Assembly (NCBI GenBank): GCA_020137815.1
Contig: CM035359.1
Location: forward strand, 2,480,001-2,544,000
DNA length: 64,000 nucleotides
Source of the DNA: Hormiphora californensis
Lineage: Eukaryota > Animalia > Ctenophora
Direction of reading: 5' to 3'
The translations under genes and the position numbers were made by a program. The notes below the pieces were generated by a model, which searched no databases, was not told the DNA's origin, and worked only from the letters and a program-made list of their open reading frames with translations. The first letter of the stretch is position 1, and each line of letters opens with the position of its first letter. Positions 51,595-64,000 of this stretch are shown here, piece after piece.

Positions 51595-52046
51595 TTAAGC
51601 GGTATATTTTTTATCGGGAAAAACATTTAAACCGAAAATTATAAAAGCAAATAGATTTCGTCAAATATCTGTCGTCCTCCGGCTCAGGGCTCAACCAACG
51701 TGGCTTGTACGCCACCATGACAGGTCACACCCAACACAGTTCAATACTAAAATAAAATAGATTAAAAAAAAATCTTACTGAAAAGCACTAAAATCTCCAC
51801 ATCAAAGGTTAATCTAAAATTATAGGGATATCGCTAGGCACTCACATACACTCACAGACAAACAAACACACACAACGCACACACGCCGCACATACTCGCA
51901 TACATACACACGTACACACACACATAAATATTAAATATGCTCAATATACAGATAAATATGGATCACACCCACAAAAGTATCAAGGATAAAACGGGTAAAA
52001 ACCAATGCATATTAAATGTATTGATTATTATTATTATTATTTTAAT

Positions 52047-52581
52047 CAGGGGCGGCTCTGGCCGGGTGTCCATGGCCACCCTGGACGAATTTAAGGGCAC
52101 GGGGGAACATTTAATTTACATAAAATAAAAGAAATTCCATTCAGAAAACTAGGAACTTTGAAACCGAAATCTTTGTTTTTGATCTGCGTCAGCCGTCACA
52201 TGTTTTTACAGATCTCGTGCGTTATATACAGGGTGCTGGGTGGCCAGGACACCCTCCTTCAGCTATCTTGTGTGTAAACCATGTGAAATAGCGCGCAGCT
52301 CTGGTAAGGATTTTACACGCATTTTCAGAGGCCAGGGTGGCCAGGACACCCTAGATTTCAATTCGACATAACTTCGCCAAAACTTAATATTTTTCGATGC
52401 GGTTTTTCCTGCTTTCTTATTTATCAATTCTTCACACATTAAATACAGAAAACACTCGATCAGCTTGATGGAACAGTTTGATAATTGCGTTTTAGGGTCT
52501 AAAACTGTCTCAAATTGACAAAATTGCCCTCAAAAACCCCAAATTTTCCAGTCCCTGGACCCTGCTTGCGAGCCGCCCCTG
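52047..52581. mobile_element. hAT-type MITE upstream of beta-spectrin
   Basis: ATTTTAAT|CAGGGGCGGCTC ... GAGCCGCCCCTG|CTTTTAAT. Confidence 0.75.
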
Positions 52582-52862
52582 CTTTTAATCGCTTCGAACC
52601 AGATAAAGTATCAAGAAACACTGGCTCATCGTACAATTGTAAATCCCATGGGGAAACCCCCATTTTCGGGGTGTATTAAATTTGTTCTCCCTTCTGGTGA
52701 CACGCGAAAAAATGTGTGGCGTTGTTCTACGATTGGAGATTGTTAGTGGGGCTGGCATCTTTGTGCTACGATACCTCATGCCCCCTGTTCATTCGAGCTG
52801 TGCAACATCCCTCTAACTATCATTAATTATCTACCTAATTATCTAATTATCGTTATTTTAGA

Positions 52863-55782
52863 ATGTCAGGTCCCGGTGGAGGTGGTCTAGGCTCCACTGG
52901 TCGCATTTTCGAAGCAAATCGAATTGCTGTGCTTCAAGGTAACATGTCCATTAACAAACATCAAGTAACATATAACACTCCGACGACCGACACCCTTAGC
53001 TATCATTTTGTTTCCGTTCATTACAGACAAATAATTTTGAGTCTGAATGCAGCTGCAGGTCACATTATTATTATTTTTTGTCCATCCGCTCACTCAGGCA
53101 CTGGATTATCACCGTAAGTCTACGAATCTTAAGACTTAAGTTTACTCACAATACTTCATATACAGGGTGTTCATTTTGGATCTTTACAAGCGTTGGGCTT
53201 CACCCAGATAAAAGTTGACAAGATTAGGTCATGAAACTTCATACTTGGACTATTCTATACCCTCATTCAAGGTTCCTGGGGGTTTTGGAGCTTTAGGACC
53301 CCGGGAAGTGTGTTTTTGGCATCAAAACTACCAGAAGGAATTTTTTTGCTGGTGCTGAGACTTTGCTAAAATGTTTTTTGGGTATTTTCTATGTCAATCG
53401 TAAAGTTTCATAGAGATTGGATGTGATTTCAGACTCAAAATTTCGTAAAAAGTGGCTGGAAAGACTCAATTTTAGCCGTTTTTGAGCTATTTTCGAGCCT
53501 TTCCAGCCACTTTTATCGAAATTTTGAGTCCGAAAAACACATCCAATCTCTATGAAACTTTAGGATTGACATAGAAAATACTTAAAAAACATTTTAGCAA
53601 AGTCTCAGCACACTTCCCGGGATGCTAGAGCTCCAAAACCCCCAGGAACCTTGAATGAGGGTATAGAATAGTCCAAGTATGAAGTTTCATGACCTGATCT
53701 AGTCAACTTTTTTCTGGGTGAAGGCCAACGCTTGTAAAGATCCAAAATGAACACCCAGTACTACAAACAACACTCTATTTGTTGTGAAAGCAGTCACCCA
53801 GAAATAGGGTAACTGAAAGTTTTTGACATAATACATTTCAGGGGAGCGTGAGCGTGTCCAAAAGAAAACGTTTACAAAATGGTGCAACAATCACCTCTCC
53901 AAAGTCAGTCTCAGAATCAGTGATCTTTACATTGATCTCCGCGATGGTAAAATGCTTCTGAAGCTTCTTGAAGTTCTCAGTGGAGACAAATGGTCCCGGC
54001 CAAGCAAGGGTACCATGAGGTTTCACATGCTGGAAAACAATGAGAAGGTGTTCAACTACCTTCGACATGCCAAGGTAAAAACACAGTTTCAAAAGATGTA
54101 CAGCCCACTCCTCCATTGTTCCTGTATTCCGATCACACTCCAAGCCCCTCTGACTGCATTCCGTGATTGAGTAGCATGTAACATTCTCTAGCTCCCCTTA
54201 CATTCTCTAGCTCCCCTTACATTCTCCCCTTACTTTCTCTGTACACTGGATCAAGGCGGCTTTAGGAGGAGCCAACACACCATTATAGTGCAGTGTCATA
54301 CCATACCACTATACACTAGCCCTCACCCCCTAACTAACTCTCCCATCCCGTAACTAACTCTCCCATCCCGTAACTAATATATGACTCCATATATTTCACA
54401 TACCACACCATTGTATCACTACTAACTCACACCCCCCCCTCCTAACTAAGTACCACTACTTTATTACCTCTCAGATAAAAGTTGAAAACATGGGTCCTGA
54501 GGACATTGTAGATGGAAACGAGAGACTTATCCTTGGTCTTATTTGGACAATCATCCTGCGATTCCAAATCCAGGTAATTCAGTAATTATTTTGTAAGCAA
54601 CCAAGCTTGGAATGTATTATGTTGTAGTTTGCCTACTACTAGCTCCAATTATATAATGAACATGTCTATTCAGCTAAGTAGGCTTAGCACTAACATTTAG
54701 TGAAAGCGCCATAAAATCAATATATTTTGGCCCCGCCCCCTCTCAATTACCAAATGATATTTGCCATCTGGGCCACGAGAGGTGATGTCCCACAAAATAT
54801 GATATACCAAACCATTGTTCCCCCCCTCCCCCATTACATCAAACCTTGTGTTCCAGGACATCACATTCGAGACGGAGGATGACGAAAAGAAGAGTGCAAA
54901 GGAAGCCCTGATCCTGTGGACCCAGAGAAGAACAAAGGGCTACAAAAATGTGAAAGTTACAAACTTCACCAAGAGCTGGAAGGATGGGCTTGCGTTTAAT
55001 GCTCTCATTCATAAACACAGGTGAATTATTCAAATGTTATTCTGCATAATCCTCATAGGGGAGTGTTATGATCATTTTATAGAGATCTCACTCATGTGTA
55101 ATTCTGTTCTGATACAGTTGTTTGTTAGCCGGGTAGAATTGATAAAGTTGTACACTTAGTTACATGTGTTAGAATTTAGATTAGTCTTAGACTAGTACTT
55201 GTGCATAAATTATAGTTTTTATACACGTGTTAGATTAATGTTAGATTAGTGTTTGATTAGTACTTCAAGTATATGTTACAGATTCACATACACCCAATGT
55301 TATTCCGCCCTGTCTGTGTTATTGTTTTTCCACATCAGCACTGCACCTCACTTCCACATCAATACCATCAGCACCTCACTTCCACGCACACATGTGTTAT
55401 CTGTGTTTGTTGTGATCTTTGTAGGCCTTACCTTACCACTCTGTACCAGTTACCTGTTACCTCATTGAGGAACCAGGAGGCTGCTTTAAAATTATGTAGA
55501 TTAGAAATATTCTTCTTTTTTGTCTGATCGAAATCCTTTTAAAACTGTCTCGCATGCAGCAGCACTCCACACGCCTGCTATCATTGCTTGGTCAAACCGC
55601 GATTTACCGGACTTCTTGAGCTTGGGGGAAGGATGAATACACGGTAGATCCGGTAAATCGAGGTCCGGTAAATCGAGGTTTGACCTAAAATATGTAGTTG
55701 GGACATGACGATGTGCGATTAGGCTTGTTTTCTATCATGGTACCATCTAGTTAGACCTCATTCAAGGATGCTAGGGGCGAGA

Positions 55783-55820
<38 letters not shown>

Positions 55821-58425
55821 TAGTAAGAGAGAGGGAAAGAGAGAGAATATGTTATATTCGGATAGATAATTTTAAACTCTTGTCCCCCTGTTACTCACAT
55901 TCGCACAATTTCATGTTTTGCTTGTGGTCAAAACAATGCCACCCCACACATGTGTATTCTAGTCGCTGCACGTGTCTTTTCAAAAGCTTCTTGTAGAGTG
56001 TTCAGACTTCAATCATTTTTGATATATTTTTTAGATATTTTAGTTGCAATATATCTCTGTTTTTGTAACATGTCCGGTTCTCCCACTTTAACATTAACAT
56101 CCCCTGTTATCCCACTCTAGGCCGGATTTGGTTGATTTTGATTCGTTAAGCCCCGTCAACGCAAAGGAGAATCTTGAACACGCCTTCTCCGTAGCAGAAA
56201 CTGAGCTCGGAATCCCACGGTAAGTGGTGAGGGTGCAGTGGTGGTGGTACAGATAGGTTATAGCGTGCCAAACTCTGTCCCGTGGGACATTATCCCACGG
56301 TAAGTTTGTTAGAACACAAAAACGGTAAGTTTTTCTTTGTAATTAGAACAATGTATGGTAAAGAAGGGTTAGAACATGAAATGGTAAGTCAAGTTCCCCA
56401 TTTAACTTCCTGGTATTTTATTTTATAGTTACGGGCTACTACGATTATTTGCCTTGGAATTTTCTGGGCTGTAGACTGAGTATTGAGTGTAAGAAATATG
56501 ATTCCATACTTCAGTTTATCTACGAATTAGGAATGAATTGAATATTTGTCATGAACTGTGTTGCCTATAGCCAGCTAAAGGGACACAAGTCACAATGAAT
56601 ATTCCAAAAGATGATAAAAGCGAAATAAAGTTTATAGAGCACTATTATATTCAAAATCTTTAGCTAGAATATCATAATTTACGGCCCATATTTTCTCTTT
56701 TTTCTGGAACTTTTCCAGTTCTAGCAGCCTCTCTCTAGAGAGAACAAAAGACCCCCCCCCCCTAAGTGATGTAGGACCTCTCAGGTTACTTTAAATCAGA
56801 TTTACCTCTGAATGGACTTTGTGTAATACACACAGGAGAGCTCTGAGCCATGATGATGATATATATAATAATATGAATGAAGGCCACGGGTTTGAATTTT
56901 CAACTTTGAAATGCAAACCGGAAATCTCCATCTCTCTAAAGTCTAATCCTGCATCCTCCCACACTATCCCTCCCTATAATCCTTCATTCCCCCTCTATGT
57001 CCCTCTCTCTCTAATCCTTCATTCTCGCCAGACTATCTCTCTCTGAAACAGTAACCCTCTCTCCCTTTATCTAATCCTTCTTTCTCTCCCCAGACTGCTT
57101 GACGTGGAAGACGTGGACGTTGAAGTGCCTGACGAGAAGAGTGTTATGACATATGTCGCTAACTATTATCACACATTTGCAAAGATGAAAAGTGGAGATG
57201 TCAGCAGCAAACGAATCGTCAAGGTACAAAACATTACCATATAAGGTCATATGACGTCATTACTTGACCATATATGGGCATGTGAAGTCATTACTTGACC
57301 ATATAAGGAATTGTATCTCCCCTCAGATGGTATCGTTCCTTCAAGAGTGTGAAGATAGCAGGGAAGAGTATAACCGCCTAGCTAGCTCTCTATTGGAGTG
57401 GATTGAACAAACTATCGACATCCTTGGTACGAAATTGTTTCCCTACTTCTCATAATTAGTTATCACTTATCAGATACTCCCTAACTAATTGATACTCGCC
57501 TCTAACTATCTACTAATTACACCTCGTTCTCAGGTAACCGAGAGTTTCCTGACATGGTAACTGGGGTAAAGAGTCTCCTCACAGATTTTACCAAATATAG
57601 AACCGAGGAAAAACCACCCAAGTAAGTAGTCAATAGTCAAATCATCCAATTCCACCACAGCGTCAAATTAACCAAGTAGCCAATTAGTAATTATGGGATC
57701 TATGATTTTCATTTCCGGATTACCCCACGTATGCAAAGGGCGTTCTAGCAGGTTCTGGTAAACGTTGAACTCCTCCTCTCTCTTGAAACCTTTGATTGTG
57801 ATAGGTCACACATTGGTCAGACGAGAGTGTTAAATTGGATTCATCATTGGAATTCTGCCAATATAATGATCTCTCTCTCCCTCTCTATATCTTCCTTACT
57901 TTGCATGCCATACACATATTTTTCCTACAGAATGCAGTCGACTGTCAGCTATTGCGCTATGCCTGAAAACCGAGTGTAAGATTATGATGACCCCGCGAAC
58001 CATGTCTCTGCCCTCTATCTCTCGTCTTTCTCTCACTCTCGTCTATCTCTCTCAGTCTCTCTCACTCACTCTGCGAACATCTCCAGCCATGTGCAAAGTA
58101 CTCAGAGGGGGGTCATTCGATTACACCCTCTTCTTGTTGGTGTGTGTGTTAGTAGTATCGTCTTACCAGGACAGATGGCTCATATTATTATTTAATGCAC
58201 TGTGACTTGCTGGCAGGCACATGCCCATATTTGGGCATAAATGACGTCATAACAAGATCACCTTATATGGAAGAATCAAGATGAGGACCCTGGTCATCCA
58301 AGTCATCTGTCTTTGTTGGTCTGTACTACTGCAGATCTGGGGGTGTAGAAGATGGATCTATAAAGGTCATAATTAGATCGTAGACTCGTAGATTCCCTCT
58401 CTCTCTTTCTATCTTTCTATCTTTC

Positions 58426-58492
<67 letters not shown>

Positions 58493-61324
58493 ATTTCTTT
58501 CTCTTTATTTCTTTCTCTCCCCCTTCTTTTATGTTTTATAGCATTTAGCATTAATAAAAGAGGCTAGTCAAGAATGGAATGTAAATAGAGGATAATATTC
58601 CCTCTCTTTGTGTTTCTGTGTGAACAAGGGTAAAAGGGTCAGATATTGTTATGTTTATTTTAGACCCCTCTAACTATCCCTTTTTACCTCTCCTCTACAT
58701 ACATATTGGAAAGAACGTGCGAGCGTCAAATTTAGGAAACATCACAACAATTCCTGCCTTGAATGGTTCATCGTCGACTAGTCTTATTATGAAGGTGTCT
58801 TCCATCCAACCTTGATAAAGAAATTTCCATCTACACGAAATTACACCACACTTCTCAGTCACTGGGTTGTGTTACCCCCCCCCCCTAGGTACACAGTTAT
58901 TAACCCTCGCTCCCCCCCCCCAGGTACACAGACAAAGGAAACCTTGAGGTGCTGTTCTACAACTTGAATGCCAAACTACGCTCCCAATCCCAACCTGGCT
59001 TCGTGCCAGAGGATGGCAAGATGATTAGTGACGTCACTGCCGCATGGAGCAAACTTGAGGTACAGAACACCATATATGGGCATATGGTACAGCACCATAA
59101 ATGGGCACATGGTACAGCACCATATATGGGCATATATATATATGACATTATTGTTTGACTATTGTATTCCAATATATATTTAGGGCGAGGAACACTCGAG
59201 GGAGGTAGCCTTGAGAGAGGAGTTGATGCGGCTAGAGAGGTTAGAAAGAATGGCTGAGAAGTTCAACAAGAAAGCAGAAATGAGGTCTCATTGGCTTACG
59301 GAAAACTACAAACTGATATGTGATGTGAGTAGAATTGTGAAATATTTCATACTATTCCCTGTTTAATTCCTTGTTTCTTCATACACATGAGTCATGATAA
59401 AGTAGTTCACACTCGCCGTAATCTCGTTTCATTATTACAAAATCTAGTTTTTGGAATCAAGCCAAAATATCCTAACATTATTACATTATTATAATGTTCT
59501 GCAAGAAGAGAAGAGGGGTACATAAAAGTAGTAGACACTCTGAGCACCATTACTACCCTCAATTATACCATATTTGGTCATAACAGGGGTACCCATTCTA
59601 TCAACCTCAGAGAGATATACATGTTATATACTGTGAGAGATCTCTGAGCCATAACGTGTCAAATGCAGTGCACATGGCATGTTGTGGTTCTCACCATATT
59701 GAAGGAGTCGGTGTGACTCATGTGGGACAATGCTATCGATTGGTGTGACTCATGTGGGACAATGTTATAGATTGGTGTGACTCATGTGGGACAATGTTAT
59801 AGATTGGTGTGACTCATGTGGGATAATGTTATAGATTGTTGTGACTCATGTGGGATAACAAGTTAGACCGGATAAAGTTTCAGGATCATTCCTTGGCTGT
59901 TTCTATGTTGTTAGCATAGTCCTGTTAAAAGATTGGAACGACCCGTGAAACGATCTTACACACCGTGGTTTACTCACGTGCTATTTTTCCATCCACCCGG
60001 ACGATCATACAGTGTTTATTTGATCGAACGGCAATCTTAACGAACATGTGTACCCTCTCTCAAAAATATTGTAAAGGAGGGTTAGAACATAACAAGTTGA
60101 TGCAACCCACTCCCATATCCCATCCCATCTTTTCACCATCATTTATCATTTATTAATCTCATCCAGGAAACTTTCGATTCCCCCTGACTCCACCAATCGA
60201 ATCACCATCTATTAATTATCTCCACCAATCACCACCCATTTAATTATTTCCACCACCCACAGGACAATTTCGGTGTGGGTATCGCTGCGGTTGAGGCGGC
60301 AAAAAAGAAGCACGAGGCCATGCAGACAGACATCAAGGCTTACGAGTCAAGAGTGAAGGCCGTGGTAGATATGGCTGCGGATCTGGAGGCGGAGAAGTAC
60401 TGGGGAATCGATAGGGTCAAGGAGGATATGGATAGGGTGAGTGTGTGTTACCATGGCCATGGTAACATGTCCCAGTGTTAGCATGGTAACATGTCCTAGT
60501 GTTACCATGGTAACATCTCCCAGTGTTACCATGGTAACACATAACTATTGATTTGTTTAGGTTTTGGACCAATGGGAGATGCTGCTGAAAGAACTGAAAA
60601 ACAAGAAGGAGCGACTGGAGCAGGTTTATGCGTACACCCGTGCCCTCCAGGACTGTTAACGATCTGATTGATTACCTCAAAGATCTCAAGGTTCGTTTAG
60701 AAACCAATCCTTTGGAGTTTCGGTTTGGAGTTTAGAAACAATGCTTTAGAGTTTCGGTTTGGAGTTTTATGTTGATAGTACTTGTGTATTTTGCGTGTTC
60801 AGCTTGTTCGCCATATAATATGATCTGTGAACTACACTGACTGCGGCCAACAGAAAGGGATATGTTGTGGTTGTGGTATATCGTGAAAAGTGTGAAAATT
60901 TAGCACAGTACGCAAAATGTTTGACTGTTTACAGTCCTAGCAAACCAAACCAAACCAAAATAACAAAAAATCATCATTTCTTTCAGCTAAATCTCCAATC
61001 CACTGACTTTGGTCGGCATCTGGGTGATGTTGATGTACTTCTTCAAAAGCATAGCTTGTTGGAGAGCGAGTATAATAGCACAAAACCGAGGATTGATACC
61101 GCACTGAGAGTTCCTGAGGATCTGCTGGAGATGAAAGGTAGGAGAATGAAGAGAGAGGGAGAGAGGGAGAGTAGAGCAGAGAGAGAGAGAGAGAGAGAGC
61201 GAGAGCGAAAGGAGAGAACTTCTCTCAGAGAGAGAAGATCCTCTCTTCTCGAGCTCATATCTCTCTCTCTCGCTCTATCTCGATCTCTCTACTTCTCTCT
61301 CTCTCTCTCTCTATCTCTCTCTCG

Positions 61325-61356
<32 letters not shown>

Positions 61357-63375
61357 TCCTCCCTTCCCTCTATCTAGCCCTGCAGGAGCTGCACAAGCAG
61401 TTAGAAAATTGGCGGGAAGACCAATATCCGCCTCCCAGTACATGGTGTACGTAATACGCTCTCTCTTCCTATATCTCTCTTTACCGAAAAGTCCAATGTA
61501 CAAATTGTATACATTACATGCTCATGGCAGGGGGTCTTCTTCTTCCTCTCTTTACTTAGCCGACACAGGAGGAGAACAGTGAACAGTGAACACTCCCTGT
61601 CCTCCCTTGGTAGGGGTGTAGACTGTAGATGTGGGACTCATTGATGGTAGGGGAAAGAGGAGTGTTCTCCGTATTCTGTGATATTTCAGGATTTTAAACC
61701 TCCCCATGTCCCCTACCGTGAATACAGCTGGCTAACTCCCCCCCCCCCTAGGAGAGGAACAGAAGCCTCTATCTGAGTGTGTCAAGACACTGGAGAAGCT
61801 TGTAGTGGATGTAGAGGAACTACTAAAAAAGAGGAGAGAGAAGTTGAACAGTTCCCAACTACTCCACAAATTCTATGAAGATGTCGATAATGAGGATGAA
61901 TGGATAGGTACGTGTTTCATACCCTCCTCCCGGCTCCCCCTACCCTAGGTTTCATACCCCCTCCACCCCCTACCCCCTAGTTCGAGAATCTAGATGTTTC
62001 GATTGTGAGCGCGAGGATTCGATTCAAATGTGTCTCTGTGTGCTGGGGGTGAGTCTTCAAATATGAGGGCTTGGGGTCTTCTGATATATGAGATCGAGAG
62101 TGTGCATCAGAGGACCAGGTGTGCACACATAATATGAGCTCTTATAAGTAATGGATGACTGACTCTCACTCTCTGCTGGGGGTCTCTTCAACCCTCTAGA
62201 CATCGTATTATACTATACAGGCTATACTAGGGGTAGGGGTGTCTCTGTTCTAGCTCCATTAAAATCTCACAGTTCACACTCTACACACATCTACAATCAG
62301 ACTCATTAAATATGGAGATAGTGTAATATTACCGTAATATCTGGGTATCCAGGGTATCATTGATTTGCTACTCTCCAAGGGTTTGTCTCCATTGTATTGA
62401 TGTGATTCTAGGGAGAATCTAAATATTCCGTGTATGTGTTTTCCCAAGGGATACGGGGATGTGTCAGCACTCTCCCAACTGTACATTACTCCCTCTCCTA
62501 CCTTGTAATTTTCAATGTTCAATGAACACTGCTCATACCGGAATAGAAGCTTCTAAATAACGAGTCAGATCTTACCAGTAACCAGCATGTTCCCACGAAA
62601 TGTTATGTTATGTGGGTTTGAATTCGAGAGTTATGCGGTGGTTTAGAGTTCGGTGCGGTTTACTAACAACATGTAGTTGTTAGGGCATAATAATACACCC
62701 TGTTACAGGGAGAGTACTAGAGTACTTCCTGTTTAGCGTGTAGTAGAGATGACAGAAGTCTCTTCTGCTGTCAGGGGGGACTATTGCATACACCCCACGC
62801 CCCCTATTATAGATGTCTACTACCATTCATCTATTACAGTCTTGATAGTCATATAAAGGAAGATCTAAAAACATTGTGGCCCAAATCTATCCCCCAATAA
62901 ATGATCACAACCACAAACTATCGCCCCATTCTATGAAGTTCAACTAACTCTAATTGATTATTTAATTGGTTAATTAATTGATTTCCAGGTGAGAAGATAA
63001 AGATGCTGATGAACGGACAGCTCGGTAACGATCTTCCCACTGCCTCCTCTCTCCAGAAACATCACGGATTGTTCGAGAAAGAAGTCAGCTCTCACCATGA
63101 CATTATTGACCAGGTCAGGGAAGGGGGATAGGAATGTGTTGTGGAGTAAGAGAGGGGATGTTTTAGATCCGTAAGAATGGTTGGGTTTCTAGGGTGGTTG
63201 GGAATCGGGGGTAGCCGATAGAGTAGTGGTTAGTGATCTAGTTTCTCAAATTATCATATGATTTGCCAAATCAGATTTGGTAACATGTTTGTTTTATCAG
63301 GTCTGTACGGAGGGAGAGGATCTGATATCTGATGGTGCCTTTGATGGGGACTCCATTGAACAACGAATGAAGCAG
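52863..63375 (+). CDS. SPTBN1: Beta-spectrin, 5' portion (two CH domains plus first spectrin repeats); continues past the right edge
   Basis: Exons give [159 protein letters not shown] and [16 protein letters not shown]. One extra T near 60657. Confidence 0.93.
53163..53758. mobile_element. Tc1/mariner-type palindromic MITE in spectrin intron 1
   Basis: TA|CAGGGTGTTCATTTTGGATCTTTACAAGCG ... CGCTTGTAAAGATCCAAAATGAACACCCAG|TA. Confidence 0.85.
59710..59859. repeat. 32-bp tandem repeat, ~5 copies, each containing TGACTCA
   Basis: Unit GGTGTGACTCATGTGGGACAATGTTATAGATT. Confidence 0.85.
60446..60538. repeat. 24-bp tandem repeat with the GTTACCATGGTAAC palindrome, filling a spectrin intron
   Basis: About 4 copies of GTGTTACCATGGTAACATGTCCCA. 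Confidence 0.85.
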
Positions 63376-63734
63376 GTAATAAACAGTGACACTGTTGTTG
63401 TAATGTTCGTCAAATTCACATCTAGCTATTACAGTCCAAAATAACATGACGCGTAACTGTCAAACCCAACCTAGTACCCGTATACTGTGTGACACCAACC
63501 CCCCTCCCCGGGCCACCATGGTACTGGTCTGGAGGTAGAGCAGAGGTGTTTGTGTTTGCCGTATATGCTAAAATGAGATGTTTGCTTAGCACGCCCTTTC
63601 TCCCTGTTTCTCTTTCTTTTGCTCTCTCTCCCTGTTTCTCTCTATCTTTCTCTTTCTCTCTGTTTCTCTATCTTTCTCTGTCTCTTTCTCTCTCTCATTC
63701 ACTATCTCTCTCTCCTTCTCTCTCACTATCTCTC

Positions 63735-63842
<108 letters not shown>

Positions 63843-64000
63843 AAACAGTGGTGAATAGCACCGTAAACAATACATGGGATATTATTTCCAAACGCAAACA
63901 ATGGCCCACAGTGCTTACCGATAAACTCACCCAAATACCAATAAACCTAAACTTGACATGATTAACCCGGAAGAACGAAGAGAAGAAAATATAGGTCTAA

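Noticed and set aside
60650-60665. Premature stop in beta-spectrin (GAC TGT TAA)
   Set aside because: Removing one T restores the frame and exon phase; likely a sequencing error in a conserved gene.

Overview
Eukaryotic, intron-rich animal DNA. It is most likely from a cydippid ctenophore (Pleurobrachia-like); this is inferred from the repeat families and the intronless LDLa-GPCR. The left 43 kb is one minus-strand CFAP61 gene (ATG 43076, running off the left edge). Its introns host two antisense nested genes: a 9-exon MFS-like transporter (8887-20404) and a CHST-type sulfotransferase (21742-41839). Inside intron 1 of the sulfotransferase sits a 5.7-kb TIR/8-bp-TSD DNA element (34765-40509). 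Its ends match a small 835-bp element at 2262-3096, but it encloses an intact, intronless 3.3-kb LDLa-repeat GPCR gene, so it looks like a gene-carrying (Pack-type) transposon. A 100-N gap at 23481-23580 is followed by a homopolymer-distorted second copy of ~2700-23340 (probably an uncollapsed haplotype), which shows empty sites for several transposon insertions. The right part holds a small secreted-protein gene head-to-head with CFAP61, a CR1/L2-group LINE whose ORF2 appears to need a -1 frameshift at G-GGT-TTT, many MITEs, and the 5' part of a beta-spectrin gene. Several spectrin introns are built from tandem CArG, CRE, AP-1 or X-box motifs.
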